From: Candidatus Latescibacterota bacterium
GTDB lineage: Bacteria > Latescibacterota > UBA2968 > GCA-2709665
DNA length: 64,000 nucleotides
Reading direction: 5' to 3'
Assembly: GCA_965203805.1 (NCBI GenBank)
Contig: OZ241917.1
Coordinates: 5,408,001 to 5,472,000 of the forward strand
The position numbers were made by a program, and so were the translations under genes. Positions 9,878 to 20,352 of the stretch are shown here, piece by piece. Under the pieces are notes generated by a model. The model was not told the origin of the DNA. It saw only the letters and a list, made by a program, of their open reading frames with translations, and did no database searches. Each line of letters opens with the position of its first letter. Position 1 is the stretch's first letter.

Positions 9878-12346
9878 ATGAACAGCAGGTTTTCGGATCG
9901 GGTGAAGCGAGTGATGCGACTGGTCCGTGAAGAGGCGGCCCGGCTGGGCAATAATCACATCAGCAGCGAGCACCTGTTGCTTGGCATCATCCGGGAGGGA
10001 AAGGGATCGGCCGTCAACGTGATGTTGAATCTGGGATTGAACCTGGACAAGATCAAACAGTCGATCGACGACTACGTCGCCTATTCCGGCGGGTCGATGA
10101 CCATGGGCGACGTGCCCTTCACGCCGAGGGCAAAGCAGATACTCGAAATCGCGGCCTCCGAAGCCAAAGAGATGAAAAGCCAGAACGTGAGAACCTGTCA
10201 CCTGCTGGTGGCGCTCGTGAAGGACAAAGAGACGATTGCCGCGCAGATACTTGTGGGATTTGGCGTCGACTACAAGACCGTGAAGGAGGAGGTGATTGCC
10301 GTTTTGCAGGGCAAACCGACGGGTAAACGCGAAAAGAAGAAGAGCAAGACCCCGTATCTGGATCACTTCGGTCGCGATCTGACCGAACTGGCGCGCGAGG
10401 GCAAGCTGGATCCGGTCATTGGCAGGGAGCGGGAGATTGAACGGGTGTCTCAGGTGCTCAGCCGGCGCAAGAAGAACAACCCTGTGCTTATCGGAGAACC
10501 GGGGGTGGGAAAAACGGCGATCGTCGAAGGCCTCGCACAGCGCATCGTGGAACGCCGCGTGCCCCAGTTGCTGGCGGACAAACGCATGGTTACGCTGGAC
10601 ATGGGCGGGATGGTCGCGGGAACCAAGTACCGCGGTCAGTTCGAAGAGCGCATCAAGGCGGTCATGAACGAGCTCCAGCAGAGCCAGGAAGTCATCATCT
10701 TCATCGACGAGCTGCATACCATCGTGGGGGCCGGGAGCGCGGAGGGAACGCTGGACGCCTCCAACATGTTCAAGCCGGCGTTTTCGAGGGGCGAACTTCA
10801 GTGCATCGGCGCCACCACGCTGGACGAATACCGAAAATACATTGAAAAGGACGGCGCGCTGGAACGCCGTTTTCAGACCATTCTGGTCGATTCGCCGTCG
10901 GTGGACGACGCCATTGATATCCTCGAGGGCCTGAAGGAGAAATTCGAAGCCCACCATCTGGTAACCTATACAGAAGACGCGGTTGAGAGCGCCGTGCGCA
11001 TGGCCGACCGTTATATCAGCGACCGGCATCTGCCCGACAAGGCCATCGACGTCATCGACGAAACCGGGTCCCGCGTACGACTCGGCCGGTTGAATCCGCC
11101 TGAAGAAATCAAGACGCTCGAACTCGAAATCGAGGAGATTACGCGGCAGAAGAACGCGGCTGCGAACAGCCAGCAGTTCGAAGAGGCGGCCAAGCTCAGG
11201 GACCAGGAGCGGAAGTTGAAGGAACAGGTCGACGAGATGCGCCAGGAGTGGGAGCAGAAGGTCCGCGACGAAGTGGTCGAGGTGACCGAGCAGGATATCG
11301 CTGAAGTGATTTCCAGCATGACGGGAATTCCCGCGTTCCGGCTGGCGCAGGAGGAATCGGAGAAGCTGCTCCGCATGGGAGAGAAGGTGAAGAGCCGGGT
11401 GGTCGGCCAGGACGAGGCGGTCGATACGGTCTGCCGCTCCATCCGCCGGACGCGGGCGGGGCTGAAAGACCCGAATCGACCCATCGGCACGTTTCTTTTC
11501 CTGGGGCCCACGGGCGTGGGGAAGACCTATCTGGCGCAGGCGCTCGCCCGGTACCTGTTCGACGACGAGGAAGCGCTTATCACGGTGGATATGTCGGAGT
11601 ATATGGAGAAGTTCGCGGTTTCGCGGCTGATCGGAGCGCCGCCGGGATACGTTGGATACGACGAGGGCGGTCAGCTGACCGAAAAAGTGCGCAGAAAACC
11701 CTACTCGGTGGTGCTGCTCGACGAGATTGAAAAAGCCCATCCTGACGTGTTCAACCTGCTCCTGCAGGTCCTGGACGAGGGGCGTCTGACGGACAGCTTC
11801 GGCCGGAAAGTCAACTTCAGGAATACAATATTGATCATGACGTCCAATCTCGGCACCCGCGACCTGGCCAATGCCGGAGGGCTCGGATTCAAACGGTCCG
11901 ACAAGAAGAGCATCCGCGAAAAGATGGTGGAGCGCGTCGAGGAGGAACTCAAGAAGACGTTCAATCCCGAATTTTTGAACCGGCTGGACGAAATGGTGGT
12001 CTTCAATCCCCTCGAACGGAAAGAGATCATCCAGATTGTAGACCTCGAAATTGCGGAGATATTCGATCGCCTCAAGGAACGGGAAATCGGCATCAGCCTC
12101 ACGCCCGGGGCCAAGGCACTGCTGGCGGAAAAGGGGTACGACCCCACGTACGGGGCGCGTCAGCTGAAGCGCACCATTCAGAAACTGGTGGAAGATCCCA
12201 TGGCGGAAGAGATACTGCAGGGCACGTTTACCGCCGGGAGCGAGGTGCGCATCAGCAAGAAGGGTGACGGGCTCCAGTTCGTGGATGCCAATGCGGTTGC
12301 CGCAGACGCCGCCAGGGAAGTGATGGACCGTGTTTCGGAGGAATGA
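9878..12346 (+). CDS. clpC: ATP-dependent Clp protease ATP-binding subunit ClpC
   Basis: Clp N repeats, GEPGVGKT and GPTGVGKT Walker A motifs, short UVR coiled coil. Confidence 0.93.
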   Translation: MNSRFSDRVKRVMRLVREEAARLGNNHISSEHLLLGIIREGKGSAVNVMLNLGLNLDKIKQSIDDYVAYSGGSMTMGDVPFTPRAKQILEIAASEAKEMKSQNVRTCHLLVALVKDKETIAAQILVGFGVDYKTVKEEVIAVLQGKPTGKREKKKSKTPYLDHFGRDLTELAREGKLDPVIGREREIERVSQVLSRRKKNNPVLIGEPGVGKTAIVEGLAQRIVERRVPQLLADKRMVTLDMGGMVAGTKYRGQFEERIKAVMNELQQSQEVIIFIDELHTIVGAGSAEGTLDASNMFKPAFSRGELQCIGATTLDEYRKYIEKDGALERRFQTILVDSPSVDDAIDILEGLKEKFEAHHLVTYTEDAVESAVRMADRYISDRHLPDKAIDVIDETGSRVRLGRLNPPEEIKTLELEIEEITRQKNAAANSQQFEEAAKLRDQERKLKEQVDEMRQEWEQKVRDEVVEVTEQDIAEVISSMTGIPAFRLAQEESEKLLRMGEKVKSRVVGQDEAVDTVCRSIRRTRAGLKDPNRPIGTFLFLGPTGVGKTYLAQALARYLFDDEEALITVDMSEYMEKFAVSRLIGAPPGYVGYDEGGQLTEKVRRKPYSVVLLDEIEKAHPDVFNLLLQVLDEGRLTDSFGRKVNFRNTILIMTSNLGTRDLANAGGLGFKRSDKKSIREKMVERVEEELKKTFNPEFLNRLDEMVVFNPLERKEIIQIVDLEIAEIFDRLKEREIGISLTPGAKALLAEKGYDPTYGARQLKRTIQKLVEDPMAEEILQGTFTAGSEVRISKKGDGLQFVDANAVAADAAREVMDRVSEE

Positions 12347-12460
12347 AAGGGCGCCTGTCGCGTGGGCGTTTACCGTGATTTACGCTCGTTTCACTGCGAT
12401 CATGACCAATTGGGTCCGGACGTACGGCCGGGCCCAATTTTGCAGTACGGAACACTGGCA

Positions 12461-12485
12461 GGAACTTTTGGGTTGACGGAGCGTT
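12461..12485 (+). promoter_or_regulatory. Candidate ECF-sigma promoter upstream of bamA
   Basis: GGAAC-N16-CGTT. Confidence 0.4.
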
Positions 12486-12553
12486 TGTTCGATGTGGACC
12501 GGGGTTTGAATTCCTCTGAATTTTTCAGTCTGGCGTAACGGAGGCGAACGGCT

Positions 12554-14848
12554 TTGTTGGGAATCCTTTTCGGAGTTTTCGCGGTGCTGCTGAACATCGC
12601 GTCTCCCGGTACGGCGACGGCGCAGCAGGCGCCCGTGATTACTGAGATCAGGGTCGAGGGCAATCGGATCACCGAAGCATCGCTGATCAGGTTTTCCTCC
12701 GGGCTGGCGGAAGGACAGCGCCTCATGTTGCCGGACGACCCGCCGCGTGTGATTCGCAATCTCCACCGATTGAACATCTTTTCGGATATTCAGGTCTACG
12801 CCGACCCGAACGTGGACGAGGGCGTGGCCGTTGTGATCGTCGTGGAAGAATATCCCAAGCTGGACGACGTCCGCTTCGAGGGCAACAAGGGGATCAAATC
12901 CAAGAAACTGAAGAAGAAACTGGCCTTCATTGAGAAACAGTGGCTGTCGCCGCATGAGGTCAGGCGCGCGGAAAACAAGATCGTCGACCTCTACAAGGAA
13001 GAGGGATACCTCCTTGCCGGGGTCGAGGGGAAGCAGGGCGACCTGAATGAGGAAGGCCAGGTCCTGCTCACGTTCACCGTGAACGAAGGGCGCAAGGTGA
13101 AGCTGCGCCGCATTCAGTTCTTCGGCAACGAGGCGTTCGAAGGCAAGAAACTCCGCAAGGCAATGAAGGAGACCAAACAGGTCGGTGGAATTCTGCGCCG
13201 GAACCAGTTCGCGGAAGACACCTATCAGGAAGACAAGCAGGCGTTGCTGGCGTTTTACCAGTCGAACGGATATCGTAACGCGGAGATTCTGCGCGACAGC
13301 CTGTACTACGACGACGCGAAGGCGAATCTCTTTATCGACCTTTATCTGGATGAGGGACCTCTGCACCGGTTCGGGGAGATTTCCTGGGACGGAAACGAAC
13401 GCGTCAGGGACGCGGGCATCGAAAGGATGATCGTTGCCAAGGCAGGGGACGTCTACAGTTCCGAGCTCAAGGACAAATCCCAGGAGGAAATACAGAATCT
13501 GTACAGCGATATCGGTTACATCACGGCTTCGGTTGCGGTCCAGGAAAGGCCGGCGGAGGCGCCGCACACGATCAACGTCCACTTCGACATTGTGGAAAAC
13601 AAGCCGTGGAAGATTCGGCAGATTACCATTTCGGGTAATACGAAGACAAAAGACAGGGTGATCCGCAGGGAGCTCTGGTTGCGCCCGGGCCAGACTTTTC
13701 GAAGGTCGGGCATCGAGCGGAGCATGAGGAACATTCAACAGTTGAACTATTTCAGCAACGTGGCGCCGGAACTGAAACCTGTCGAGGAGTCATCCGAGCT
13801 GGACGTCATTTTTGCGGTGGAGGAGAAATCCACGGGCACGGCGTCCGTAGGCGCGGGTTACAGCCAGTACGACGGCCTGCTGGGAACCGTCGCGCTGCAG
13901 GTCCCGAACTTTATGGGCAACGGGCAGCAGCTCGAATTTCAGCTGGAGTTCGGAGACAGGCGGCAGTCGTTCAGGGCCGGCTTTACGGAGCCCTGGTTGC
14001 TGAATACGCCCACAAGTCTGTCGGGTCTGCTCTTCCGCACCACCCGGCGGTACTACAGCGGCTTCGACGAACGGAGACAGGGCGCCCTGGCCACGGTGGG
14101 ACGCCGTCTGGCCTGGCCCGATTTCTTACGGGTTTCCATCGGGTACCGGATCCAGCAGGTTGAATTCCGGAATTTCGCGGATGATTTCGACCAGGGCGCC
14201 GACACTGCCTTTCGCGACAACGTCACCAGCAGTGTGAATCTGAACTTCACGCGCAACAGCCGGGACCTGCCGGTTTTCGCCACCAGCGGTTCGGTGTTTT
14301 CCTACTCCCCGACAATTGCCGGCGGCCCCCTTGGCGGCAATACGGATTTCTTCAAGCACGATCTCATTACCAGCTTCTATTTCCCCGTGGCATGGCGTGT
14401 TGCGCTGAGTCTGAAGACGACCCTCGGTCTCGTGAAGCCGTACAACAGTTCCGACGTGCCGTTCAACGAGCGTTATGTGCCCGGAGGTGTGAATATTTTC
14501 GAAGGTACGATGGTTCGCGGCTATCCCGAGCAATCGCTGGGTCCGCGTGTCAGCGGCGTTCCGGACGGGGGGAATTCGCAACTGCTCTTCAACCTTGAGC
14601 TCACCCTGCCCATCGTGAAACAGCAGTTCTACGCCCTCGCGTTCGCGGACGCGGGTAATGCGTGGGACGGCGTCTCGGAAGCGAGTATCTTCGATCTGAG
14701 GCGTTCGATGGGTGTCGGATTTCGAATGATTGCGCCTGTTGTCGGTATTATGGGATTCGACTTCGCCTGGGGTTTCGACAGGCAGCGCGTAGACGGCCAG
14801 AAGCCACAGATGGTAACCCATTTCCAGTTCGGTCCGCAGTTCTTCTAA
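12554..14848 (+). CDS. bamA: Outer membrane protein assembly factor BamA
   Basis: POTRA repeats (GNTKTKDRVIRRE), VRGY loop motif, C-terminal Phe. Confidence 0.95.
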   Translation: MLGILFGVFAVLLNIASPGTATAQQAPVITEIRVEGNRITEASLIRFSSGLAEGQRLMLPDDPPRVIRNLHRLNIFSDIQVYADPNVDEGVAVVIVVEEYPKLDDVRFEGNKGIKSKKLKKKLAFIEKQWLSPHEVRRAENKIVDLYKEEGYLLAGVEGKQGDLNEEGQVLLTFTVNEGRKVKLRRIQFFGNEAFEGKKLRKAMKETKQVGGILRRNQFAEDTYQEDKQALLAFYQSNGYRNAEILRDSLYYDDAKANLFIDLYLDEGPLHRFGEISWDGNERVRDAGIERMIVAKAGDVYSSELKDKSQEEIQNLYSDIGYITASVAVQERPAEAPHTINVHFDIVENKPWKIRQITISGNTKTKDRVIRRELWLRPGQTFRRSGIERSMRNIQQLNYFSNVAPELKPVEESSELDVIFAVEEKSTGTASVGAGYSQYDGLLGTVALQVPNFMGNGQQLEFQLEFGDRRQSFRAGFTEPWLLNTPTSLSGLLFRTTRRYYSGFDERRQGALATVGRRLAWPDFLRVSIGYRIQQVEFRNFADDFDQGADTAFRDNVTSSVNLNFTRNSRDLPVFATSGSVFSYSPTIAGGPLGGNTDFFKHDLITSFYFPVAWRVALSLKTTLGLVKPYNSSDVPFNERYVPGGVNIFEGTMVRGYPEQSLGPRVSGVPDGGNSQLLFNLELTLPIVKQQFYALAFADAGNAWDGVSEASIFDLRRSMGVGFRMIAPVVGIMGFDFAWGFDRQRVDGQKPQMVTHFQFGPQFF

Positions 14849-14879
14849 GACAGCTTCCAACGTGGGAGGGAGATTCGAT

Positions 14880-15452
14880 ATGGACTTCAGACATCGCTTC
14901 CTGGTTTCCTTGTGCGGCCTGACGGCGTGTCTGGTCGTGGCGTCCGCGGCCTGGGCACAGGCGAAGATCGGCTATTTCGATCCGAACGAGATTCGGACGA
15001 AATACAAGCCTTTCCAGGAGGCCGAGCGAGAATACAACCAGTATGAAGGGGAACTGCAGAAGGAACTCAAGAAGCTTGAGAGCGCATTGAGAAAGAAGCA
15101 GACCACCTTTGAACGCCAGAAGGTGATGTACATGGAGAACAGGCGGCGGGAGGAGGAGCAGGCGCTAAAGCGGCAGGAGGAGGAATTGCAGCGGTTTCTT
15201 GCCCAGATTACCGATCCGGAGCGGGGCAAGCTGGCGCTGAAGCAGCAGGAATTGCTTTCGCCGCTGCTGAAACGCGTCAACGAGGTGATTTCCCGGGTGT
15301 CCAAGGAAAACGGTTATGACTTTGTGCTGAATGCGGCCTCCGTCGTTTATTTCAACGAAGACTACGATCTTACGGAGAAGGTGCTGGACGAGTTGAATAA
15401 AGACCTGGAGGAAGGCGACGAGCAGAGACAGCGTCCGGGTCCGATCCGGTAG
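14880..15452 (+). CDS. skp: Periplasmic chaperone Skp/OmpH
   Basis: Signal peptide, KIGY motif, coiled coil, GYDFVLN..DLTEKVL; follows bamA. Confidence 0.9.
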   Translation: MDFRHRFLVSLCGLTACLVVASAAWAQAKIGYFDPNEIRTKYKPFQEAEREYNQYEGELQKELKKLESALRKKQTTFERQKVMYMENRRREEEQALKRQEEELQRFLAQITDPERGKLALKQQELLSPLLKRVNEVISRVSKENGYDFVLNAASVVYFNEDYDLTEKVLDELNKDLEEGDEQRQRPGPIR

Positions 15453-15480
15453 GGGCCGGAAGAAGAGAGGAGAACCGGCA

Positions 15481-15912
15481 ATGTTGGACCTCGAAGCGAT
15501 ACAGAGAATCCTGCCGCATCGGTACCCGTTTCTACTGGTGGACCGGATCCTGGAACTGGAACCGGACCGCAGGGTGGTGGGGCTGAAAAACGTGACCGCC
15601 AACGAGCCGTTCTTCGCCGGCCATTTCCCGGGCCGGCCCGTGATGCCGGGCGTGCTGATTGTGGAAGCGCTCGCTCAGACCGCAGGTGTATTGATGGGAG
15701 AAGCGTCCGGCCTGATACCGATGTTCATGGGCATCGACAAGGCCCGGTTCAGACGTCCCGTAAAGCCGGGCGATCAGTTGCGGCTCGAGGTGGAGGTGTT
15801 GCGGAAACGGCGCAGCGTGTGCCGCGTTGCCGGCAGGGCGTTCGTGGGTGAGGACCTGGTCGCGGAGGCGGAGATGATGGCTGCGCTCGTCGCACCGGAG
15901 GACATGGATTGA
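15481..15912 (+). CDS. fabZ: 3-hydroxyacyl-ACP dehydratase FabZ
   Basis: [34 protein letters not shown]. Confidence 0.97.
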   Translation: MLDLEAIQRILPHRYPFLLVDRILELEPDRRVVGLKNVTANEPFFAGHFPGRPVMPGVLIVEALAQTAGVLMGEASGLIPMFMGIDKARFRRPVKPGDQLRLEVEVLRKRRSVCRVAGRAFVGEDLVAEAEMMAALVAPEDMD

Positions 15913-15950
15913 CGTTGGGCGGAACGGGGAAACAGGCTGAATTCGTTTTC

Positions 15951-15982
15951 ATCGGCGGTCCGGCACGGGCCGCCGATTTCTT
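15951..15982 (+). terminator. Putative intrinsic terminator after fabZ
   Basis: ATCGGCGGTCC/GGGCCGCCGAT stem followed by TTCTT. Confidence 0.55.
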
Positions 15983-16006
15983 GTACCCCCGGCCCCACAC
16001 ACCCCC

Positions 16007-16155
16007 GGGTAAGACGGGAGACGTAAGACGGGAGAGGACATCAGTGCCCTTTGGTCTTTCTAGTCGTTACGATAACGGTAAATCAGCAGGCACGGTTTGT
16101 GTGGAAACACTGCTGTAAATGTCTTCATCTCCCGTCTTCCCTCTTACGTCTCACC
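16007..16155. repeat. MITE-like unit: inverted heptamer-repeat ends enclosing ~85-bp module A
   Basis: GGTAAGACGGGAGACGTAAGACGGGAGA ... TCTCCCGTCTTCCCTCTTACGTCTCACC; interior similar to 17613-17700 (inverted) and 44785-44868. Confidence 0.8.
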
Positions 16156-16570
16156 GCTTCTAATGCACCGTGCAGTTTCATTTCTTGCCGGAGGCATAGA
16201 GGCAGAACCAATCGGGCAAGGATATCATCTCCCGTCTCCCGTCTCCCGTCTTACGTCTCACCGCTTCTAATGCACCGTGCAGTTTCATTTCGTGCCGTAG
16301 GCATAAAGGAGAAACCAATCAGGCAAGGATGTCATCTCCCGTCTCCCGTCTTACGTCTCACCGCTTCTAATGCACCGTGCAGTTTCATTTCTTGCCGTAG
16401 GCATAAAGGAGAAACCAATCGGGCAAGGATATCATCTCCCGTCTCCCGTCTTACGTCTCACCGGTTTTATCGTACCCGGTGCAGTTTCATTTCGTGCCGT
16501 AGGCATAAAGGAGAAACCAATCAGGCAAGGATGTCATCTCCCGTCTCCCGTCTTGCGTCTCACCGGTTTT
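16125..16570. repeat. Tandem array of ~100-bp units (heptamer block plus module B), four full units and a terminal heptamer block
   Basis: TCATCTCCCGTC starts at 16125, 16225, 16332, 16432, 16534. Confidence 0.95.
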
Positions 16571-16573
16571 CTG

Positions 16574-17353
16574 CTATTGCGCCAGAATCTGACTGAGAAA
16601 CAGCTTTGTCCGGTCGTTTTTTGGATTGTCGAAGAACGCGTCCGGACTGTTCTCCTCGATGATTCGCCCTTCGTCCATGAAAATGACGCGATTGGCGACG
16701 GTTTTTGCAAATCCCATTTCGTGCGTGACCACCAGCATCGTCATGCCGCTCTGTGCGAGCTCAATCATCACGTCAAGCACTTCTTTGATCATCTCCGGAT
16801 CCAGTGCCGAAGTCGGTTCGTCGAATAACATGATCTTCGGGTTCATGCACAAACTGCGTGCGATGGCGACGCGTTGCTGTTGACCGCCCGACAGCTGACC
16901 GGGGTACTTCGACGCCTGTTCCGGAATTCGTACCCGTTCCAAATACCGCATCGCCGTTTCTTCAGCCTCCTGTTTAGGCAACTTTCTCGCCCAGATTGGC
17001 GCCAGTGTGCAGTTCTCCAGGACGGTAAGATGGGGAAACAGATTGAACTGCTGAAACACCATGCCGACTTCCCGCCGGATTTCCGCGATGTTCTTCAGAT
17101 TGTCGGTCAGCGATATTCCATCAACGGTGATGTGCCCGCGTTGATGTTCCTCCAGGTGGTTGATACAGCGGATCAGCGTTGATTTGCCTGAGCCTGAGGG
17201 ACCGCAGATGACGATTCTTTCTCCGCGCTCGACGGTCAGATTGATGTCGTTCAGGACGTGGAACTTGCCAAACCACTTGTGCATGGCTGTAATTTCGATC
17301 GCTATTCGGTCGTCGCGTTCGCTGACGGCTGCGTTTGTTGCATTATCAGTCAT
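16574..17353 (-). CDS. aapP: General L-amino acid ABC transporter ATPase
   Basis: [37 protein letters not shown]. Confidence 0.9.
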   Translation of the reverse strand: MTDNATNAAVSERDDRIAIEITAMHKWFGKFHVLNDINLTVERGERIVICGPSGSGKSTLIRCINHLEEHQRGHITVDGISLTDNLKNIAEIRREVGMVFQQFNLFPHLTVLENCTLAPIWARKLPKQEAEETAMRYLERVRIPEQASKYPGQLSGGQQQRVAIARSLCMNPKIMLFDEPTSALDPEMIKEVLDVMIELAQSGMTMLVVTHEMGFAKTVANRVIFMDEGRIIEENSPDAFFDNPKNDRTKLFLSQILAQ

Positions 17354-17419
17354 TTGAATGTCCTCAGTATCCTGTCCCATAAAATACCTCGCCATTCATC
17401 CCGCCTCGCCGCGTCGCCG

Positions 17420-17960
17420 CAAGGGCGGTACGCGAACCGATCCTGCGAAAAGACGGGCTCCCCGTTCTTCTCCCCCTCTCCCCTCGGGAGAGGGGGCCTG
17501 CCTGCCGAGCAGGTCTCGGCCTGTCTGCCGTTCCAACGGGACAGGCAGGCGCAGGCAGGTCGGGGGGAGAGGTCTGCGCAAATTCGGGTAGACGTGAGAC
17601 GCAAGACGGTAGATGATAACGTTACCACAGTGTTTTCACGCTAACCGTGCCTGTTTCTTTACCGATATGGTAACGGCAAGAAAAACCTTGGGGCACTCAT
17701 GTCATCTCCCGTCTCACGTCTCCCCTCTCACCGCCTTTAGGGAATTTGGGGAAAAGGGGGTTTTGACTTTGATTTTCGATTTTGATTCAAGCTGACGGCT
17801 GAGTGCTGACGGCTGAGTGCTGCTTCTCTGCCTTTCTCTTTGTGCCTTTGTGTCTCCGTGTGAGCTGATTTTCGTTCTGAGCTGACTGCTGAAAGCTGAC
17901 TTCAGCCACGGATTTTTCGTTTTGTTCGCGTGTTTCGTAGTTTCTGATGTTCGTCCCGTT
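17420..17960. repeat. Composite mosaic repeat inside the aap operon (REP-like hairpins, nested palindromes, module A unit, 6/7/9-mer arrays)
   Basis: Parts match 21485-21633 and 48796-49045 in inverted orientation and 62477-62546 directly. Confidence 0.85.
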
Positions 17961-17977
17961 TTCATGAATTCATGGGG

Positions 17978-19096
17978 CTAATCTTCCTTGTAGCCCGTAT
18001 CCAGCTTCCGTTCAAGGTAGAGCGAATATCGCGACATGGCAAAACATGAAATGAAGAAACCCATCGCAACGAATATGTACAGTTCGGTCGATAATCCCTG
18101 CCATCTTGAGTCGGCGAGCGCCGCGCGGCCGATCCCGAGAGGATCGAGGAGGCCGACGACGATGACCAGGGTCGTATCTTTATACAGGCCGATAAAGGTA
18201 TTCATGATGCCGGGTATGGAAATCTTCAGCGCCTGCGGCAATATGATCAACCGGATGCTTTTTGCATAGTTGAGGCCCAGGGCATCGGCTGCTTCGAACT
18301 GCCCCCGCGGAATTGCCGCCAGACCGCCTCGAACGACTTCGGCGAGATATGCGGCCGAAAACACGATTACGATAATGATGACGCGAAGCAACAGATCGAA
18401 GTACGTGCCGGGCGGCATGAAATAATTCAACAGCGTTGAAGCGACGAACAGCAGAGTGATCAGCGGAACGCCGCGTATAAATTCGATGTACCAGATGCTG
18501 AGCGTCCTGACGACCGGCATTGACGAGTGACGTCCCAGCGACAGTGCAACGCCAAGTGGAAGTGAAACGACAATCCCGGTCACGCCGATCAGCACTGTCA
18601 GCAGGAAACCGCCGAATTTGGATGACTCGACGGGTTCCAGTCCAAACAACCCGCCCCACAGCATAAAGAACGCGAAGAACGGATAGATTAACGTAAACCG
18701 GAGCAGCAATCTCCGCCCTTTGACGCGGTCATACAACAGCGGGATCAGGGCGACGAAAAGCAACACGAACGTCAGATTGACTCGCCAGCGCAAATGCTCC
18801 GGATAGAATCCGTACATAAACTGATCGAATCGTTTCCACACAACCGCCCAGCAGGCGCCCGATCCAATTTCCCGACATTCTCGTCGGTGTTCCACATCCG
18901 CAAAAACCGCGTCGAAGAACATCCAATTGGCAATGGGCGGGATAATCTCGTACAGCAGGTATACCGACAACGCCGTCAGTACGATATCGGTCGGGCTCGA
19001 GAGTAAGTTGCCTCGAATCCAGCCTACGACGCCAACCTGGGTCCTCGGCGGCGGCAATTCTCGATGCATATCCTGATCGGGTGAAGGCTGTGTCAT
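17978..19096 (-). CDS. aapM: Amino acid ABC transporter permease
   Basis: GACW motif, FIRGVPLIT, AYLAEVVRGGL..GQFEAA loop. Confidence 0.9.
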   Translation of the reverse strand: MTQPSPDQDMHRELPPPRTQVGVVGWIRGNLLSSPTDIVLTALSVYLLYEIIPPIANWMFFDAVFADVEHRRECREIGSGACWAVVWKRFDQFMYGFYPEHLRWRVNLTFVLLFVALIPLLYDRVKGRRLLLRFTLIYPFFAFFMLWGGLFGLEPVESSKFGGFLLTVLIGVTGIVVSLPLGVALSLGRHSSMPVVRTLSIWYIEFIRGVPLITLLFVASTLLNYFMPPGTYFDLLLRVIIIVIVFSAAYLAEVVRGGLAAIPRGQFEAADALGLNYAKSIRLIILPQALKISIPGIMNTFIGLYKDTTLVIVVGLLDPLGIGRAALADSRWQGLSTELYIFVAMGFFISCFAMSRYSLYLERKLDTGYKED

Positions 19097-19100
19097 CGGT

Positions 19101-20258
19101 TCATCGCTCCACCAGTGAAATCCTCTTGTTGTACCAGTTCATGAACGCGGATATCGAAAGTGAGATGGCGAGATAAATGGCCAGAACAATGGACATGCAT
19201 TCCAGTGCACGGCCAGTCTGATTAAGCGAAATACCACCAATCGTCGCCACGATATCCATATACCCGACCGCGATGGCAAGAGATGAATTCTTGGTTAAAT
19301 TGAGATACTGGCTGATCAGGGGCGGGACGATAATCCGAAGCGCTTGCGGCAATATGATCAGCCGCATGGTGAAATTCGGTCTGATACCCAATGCGTAAGC
19401 GGCTTCGGTCTGGCCGTGACTGACGGCCAGGATTCCCGATCTGACAATTTCAGCGATGAAGGCCCCCGTATAGACCCCCAGCGCAAGTGTCAATGCGAGA
19501 AACTCCGGACTCAGGACCAACCCGCCTGCAAAGTTGAACCTTTTGAAGGCAGGGAATTCGAACTCAACCGGAAACCCGAGAAGCCAGAACGCCAGCAGCG
19601 GAAGCGCAATGATCGCTGAGACGTTCGTCCAGTACACGGGAACCTGTTGTCCGGTCAGTTCCTGTTTCTGTTTTGCGAACCGGTAAAAGTAACAGGCGCC
19701 GCCAATAGCCACGGCCAGGGCCGCAATGACACCCCAGAATGCAGGTTCGAATACCGGTTTCGGCGAATAGACACCGCGATTGGTCAGGAAGAACATATCG
19801 TACGCCGACACAGCCTGCCTGGGGTGGGGCAGGTTGTGAACGATCACCCCATGACACAAGAGTATCCACAGCAGAACCGGAACATTTCGGCTGAATTCAA
19901 CGAATACGTAAGAAATCCTGTTGACAAGGAAGTTCGAGGACAGGCGTGCGACACCCGCGGTAAATCCGATAAAGGTTGCGAGTATGATTCCAAAAAAAGC
20001 GACCAATGCCGTGTTGATGACGCCGACAATGGTCGCTCGAAGATGGGTGCTGCGCGAGTCGTATTCGATCAGATGTTGATTGATGTCGTAATTGGAAGGC
20101 GTGAACAGAAATGCGTAATTGACGTCTCGGCCGATCAGTTCGAGGTTGTTGAGCGCATTCCGAGCGAAGAAGCCGAGCAGCGATAGTGCGGCGACGATCG
20201 CAACGACCTGAATGATCAGTTGCCGTGGCTTTTTTTCACGCCAGAGGTTTCCCAGCAT
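19101..20258 (-). CDS. aapQ: Amino acid ABC transporter permease
   Basis: FIAEIVRSGI..GQTEAA, QYLNLTKNSSLA. Confidence 0.9.
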   Translation of the reverse strand: MLGNLWREKKPRQLIIQVVAIVAALSLLGFFARNALNNLELIGRDVNYAFLFTPSNYDINQHLIEYDSRSTHLRATIVGVINTALVAFFGIILATFIGFTAGVARLSSNFLVNRISYVFVEFSRNVPVLLWILLCHGVIVHNLPHPRQAVSAYDMFFLTNRGVYSPKPVFEPAFWGVIAALAVAIGGACYFYRFAKQKQELTGQQVPVYWTNVSAIIALPLLAFWLLGFPVEFEFPAFKRFNFAGGLVLSPEFLALTLALGVYTGAFIAEIVRSGILAVSHGQTEAAYALGIRPNFTMRLIILPQALRIIVPPLISQYLNLTKNSSLAIAVGYMDIVATIGGISLNQTGRALECMSIVLAIYLAISLSISAFMNWYNKRISLVER

Positions 20259-20310
20259 AACTCACACGGAAATACAGTCGATGAATTGTTTTTGTCGGGG
20301 CTCGAACAAT

Positions 20311-20339
20311 GATGGCGCGTACAAATTGCGTGCGCCATC
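20311..20339 (-). terminator. Intercistronic stem-loop after aapJ
   Basis: GATGGCGCGTAC/GCGTGCGCCATC inverted repeat, typical position after binding-protein gene. Confidence 0.5.
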
Positions 20340-20352
20340 TTCATAAGCTAAA

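Noticed and set aside
16125-16570. CRISPR array
   Set aside because: Would-be spacers are near-identical to each other and no cas genes are present; it is a tandem repeat
16051-16828. ORFs of 181 and 152 aa across the tandem array
   Set aside because: They are translations of the repeat in shifting frames, with no protein-like features
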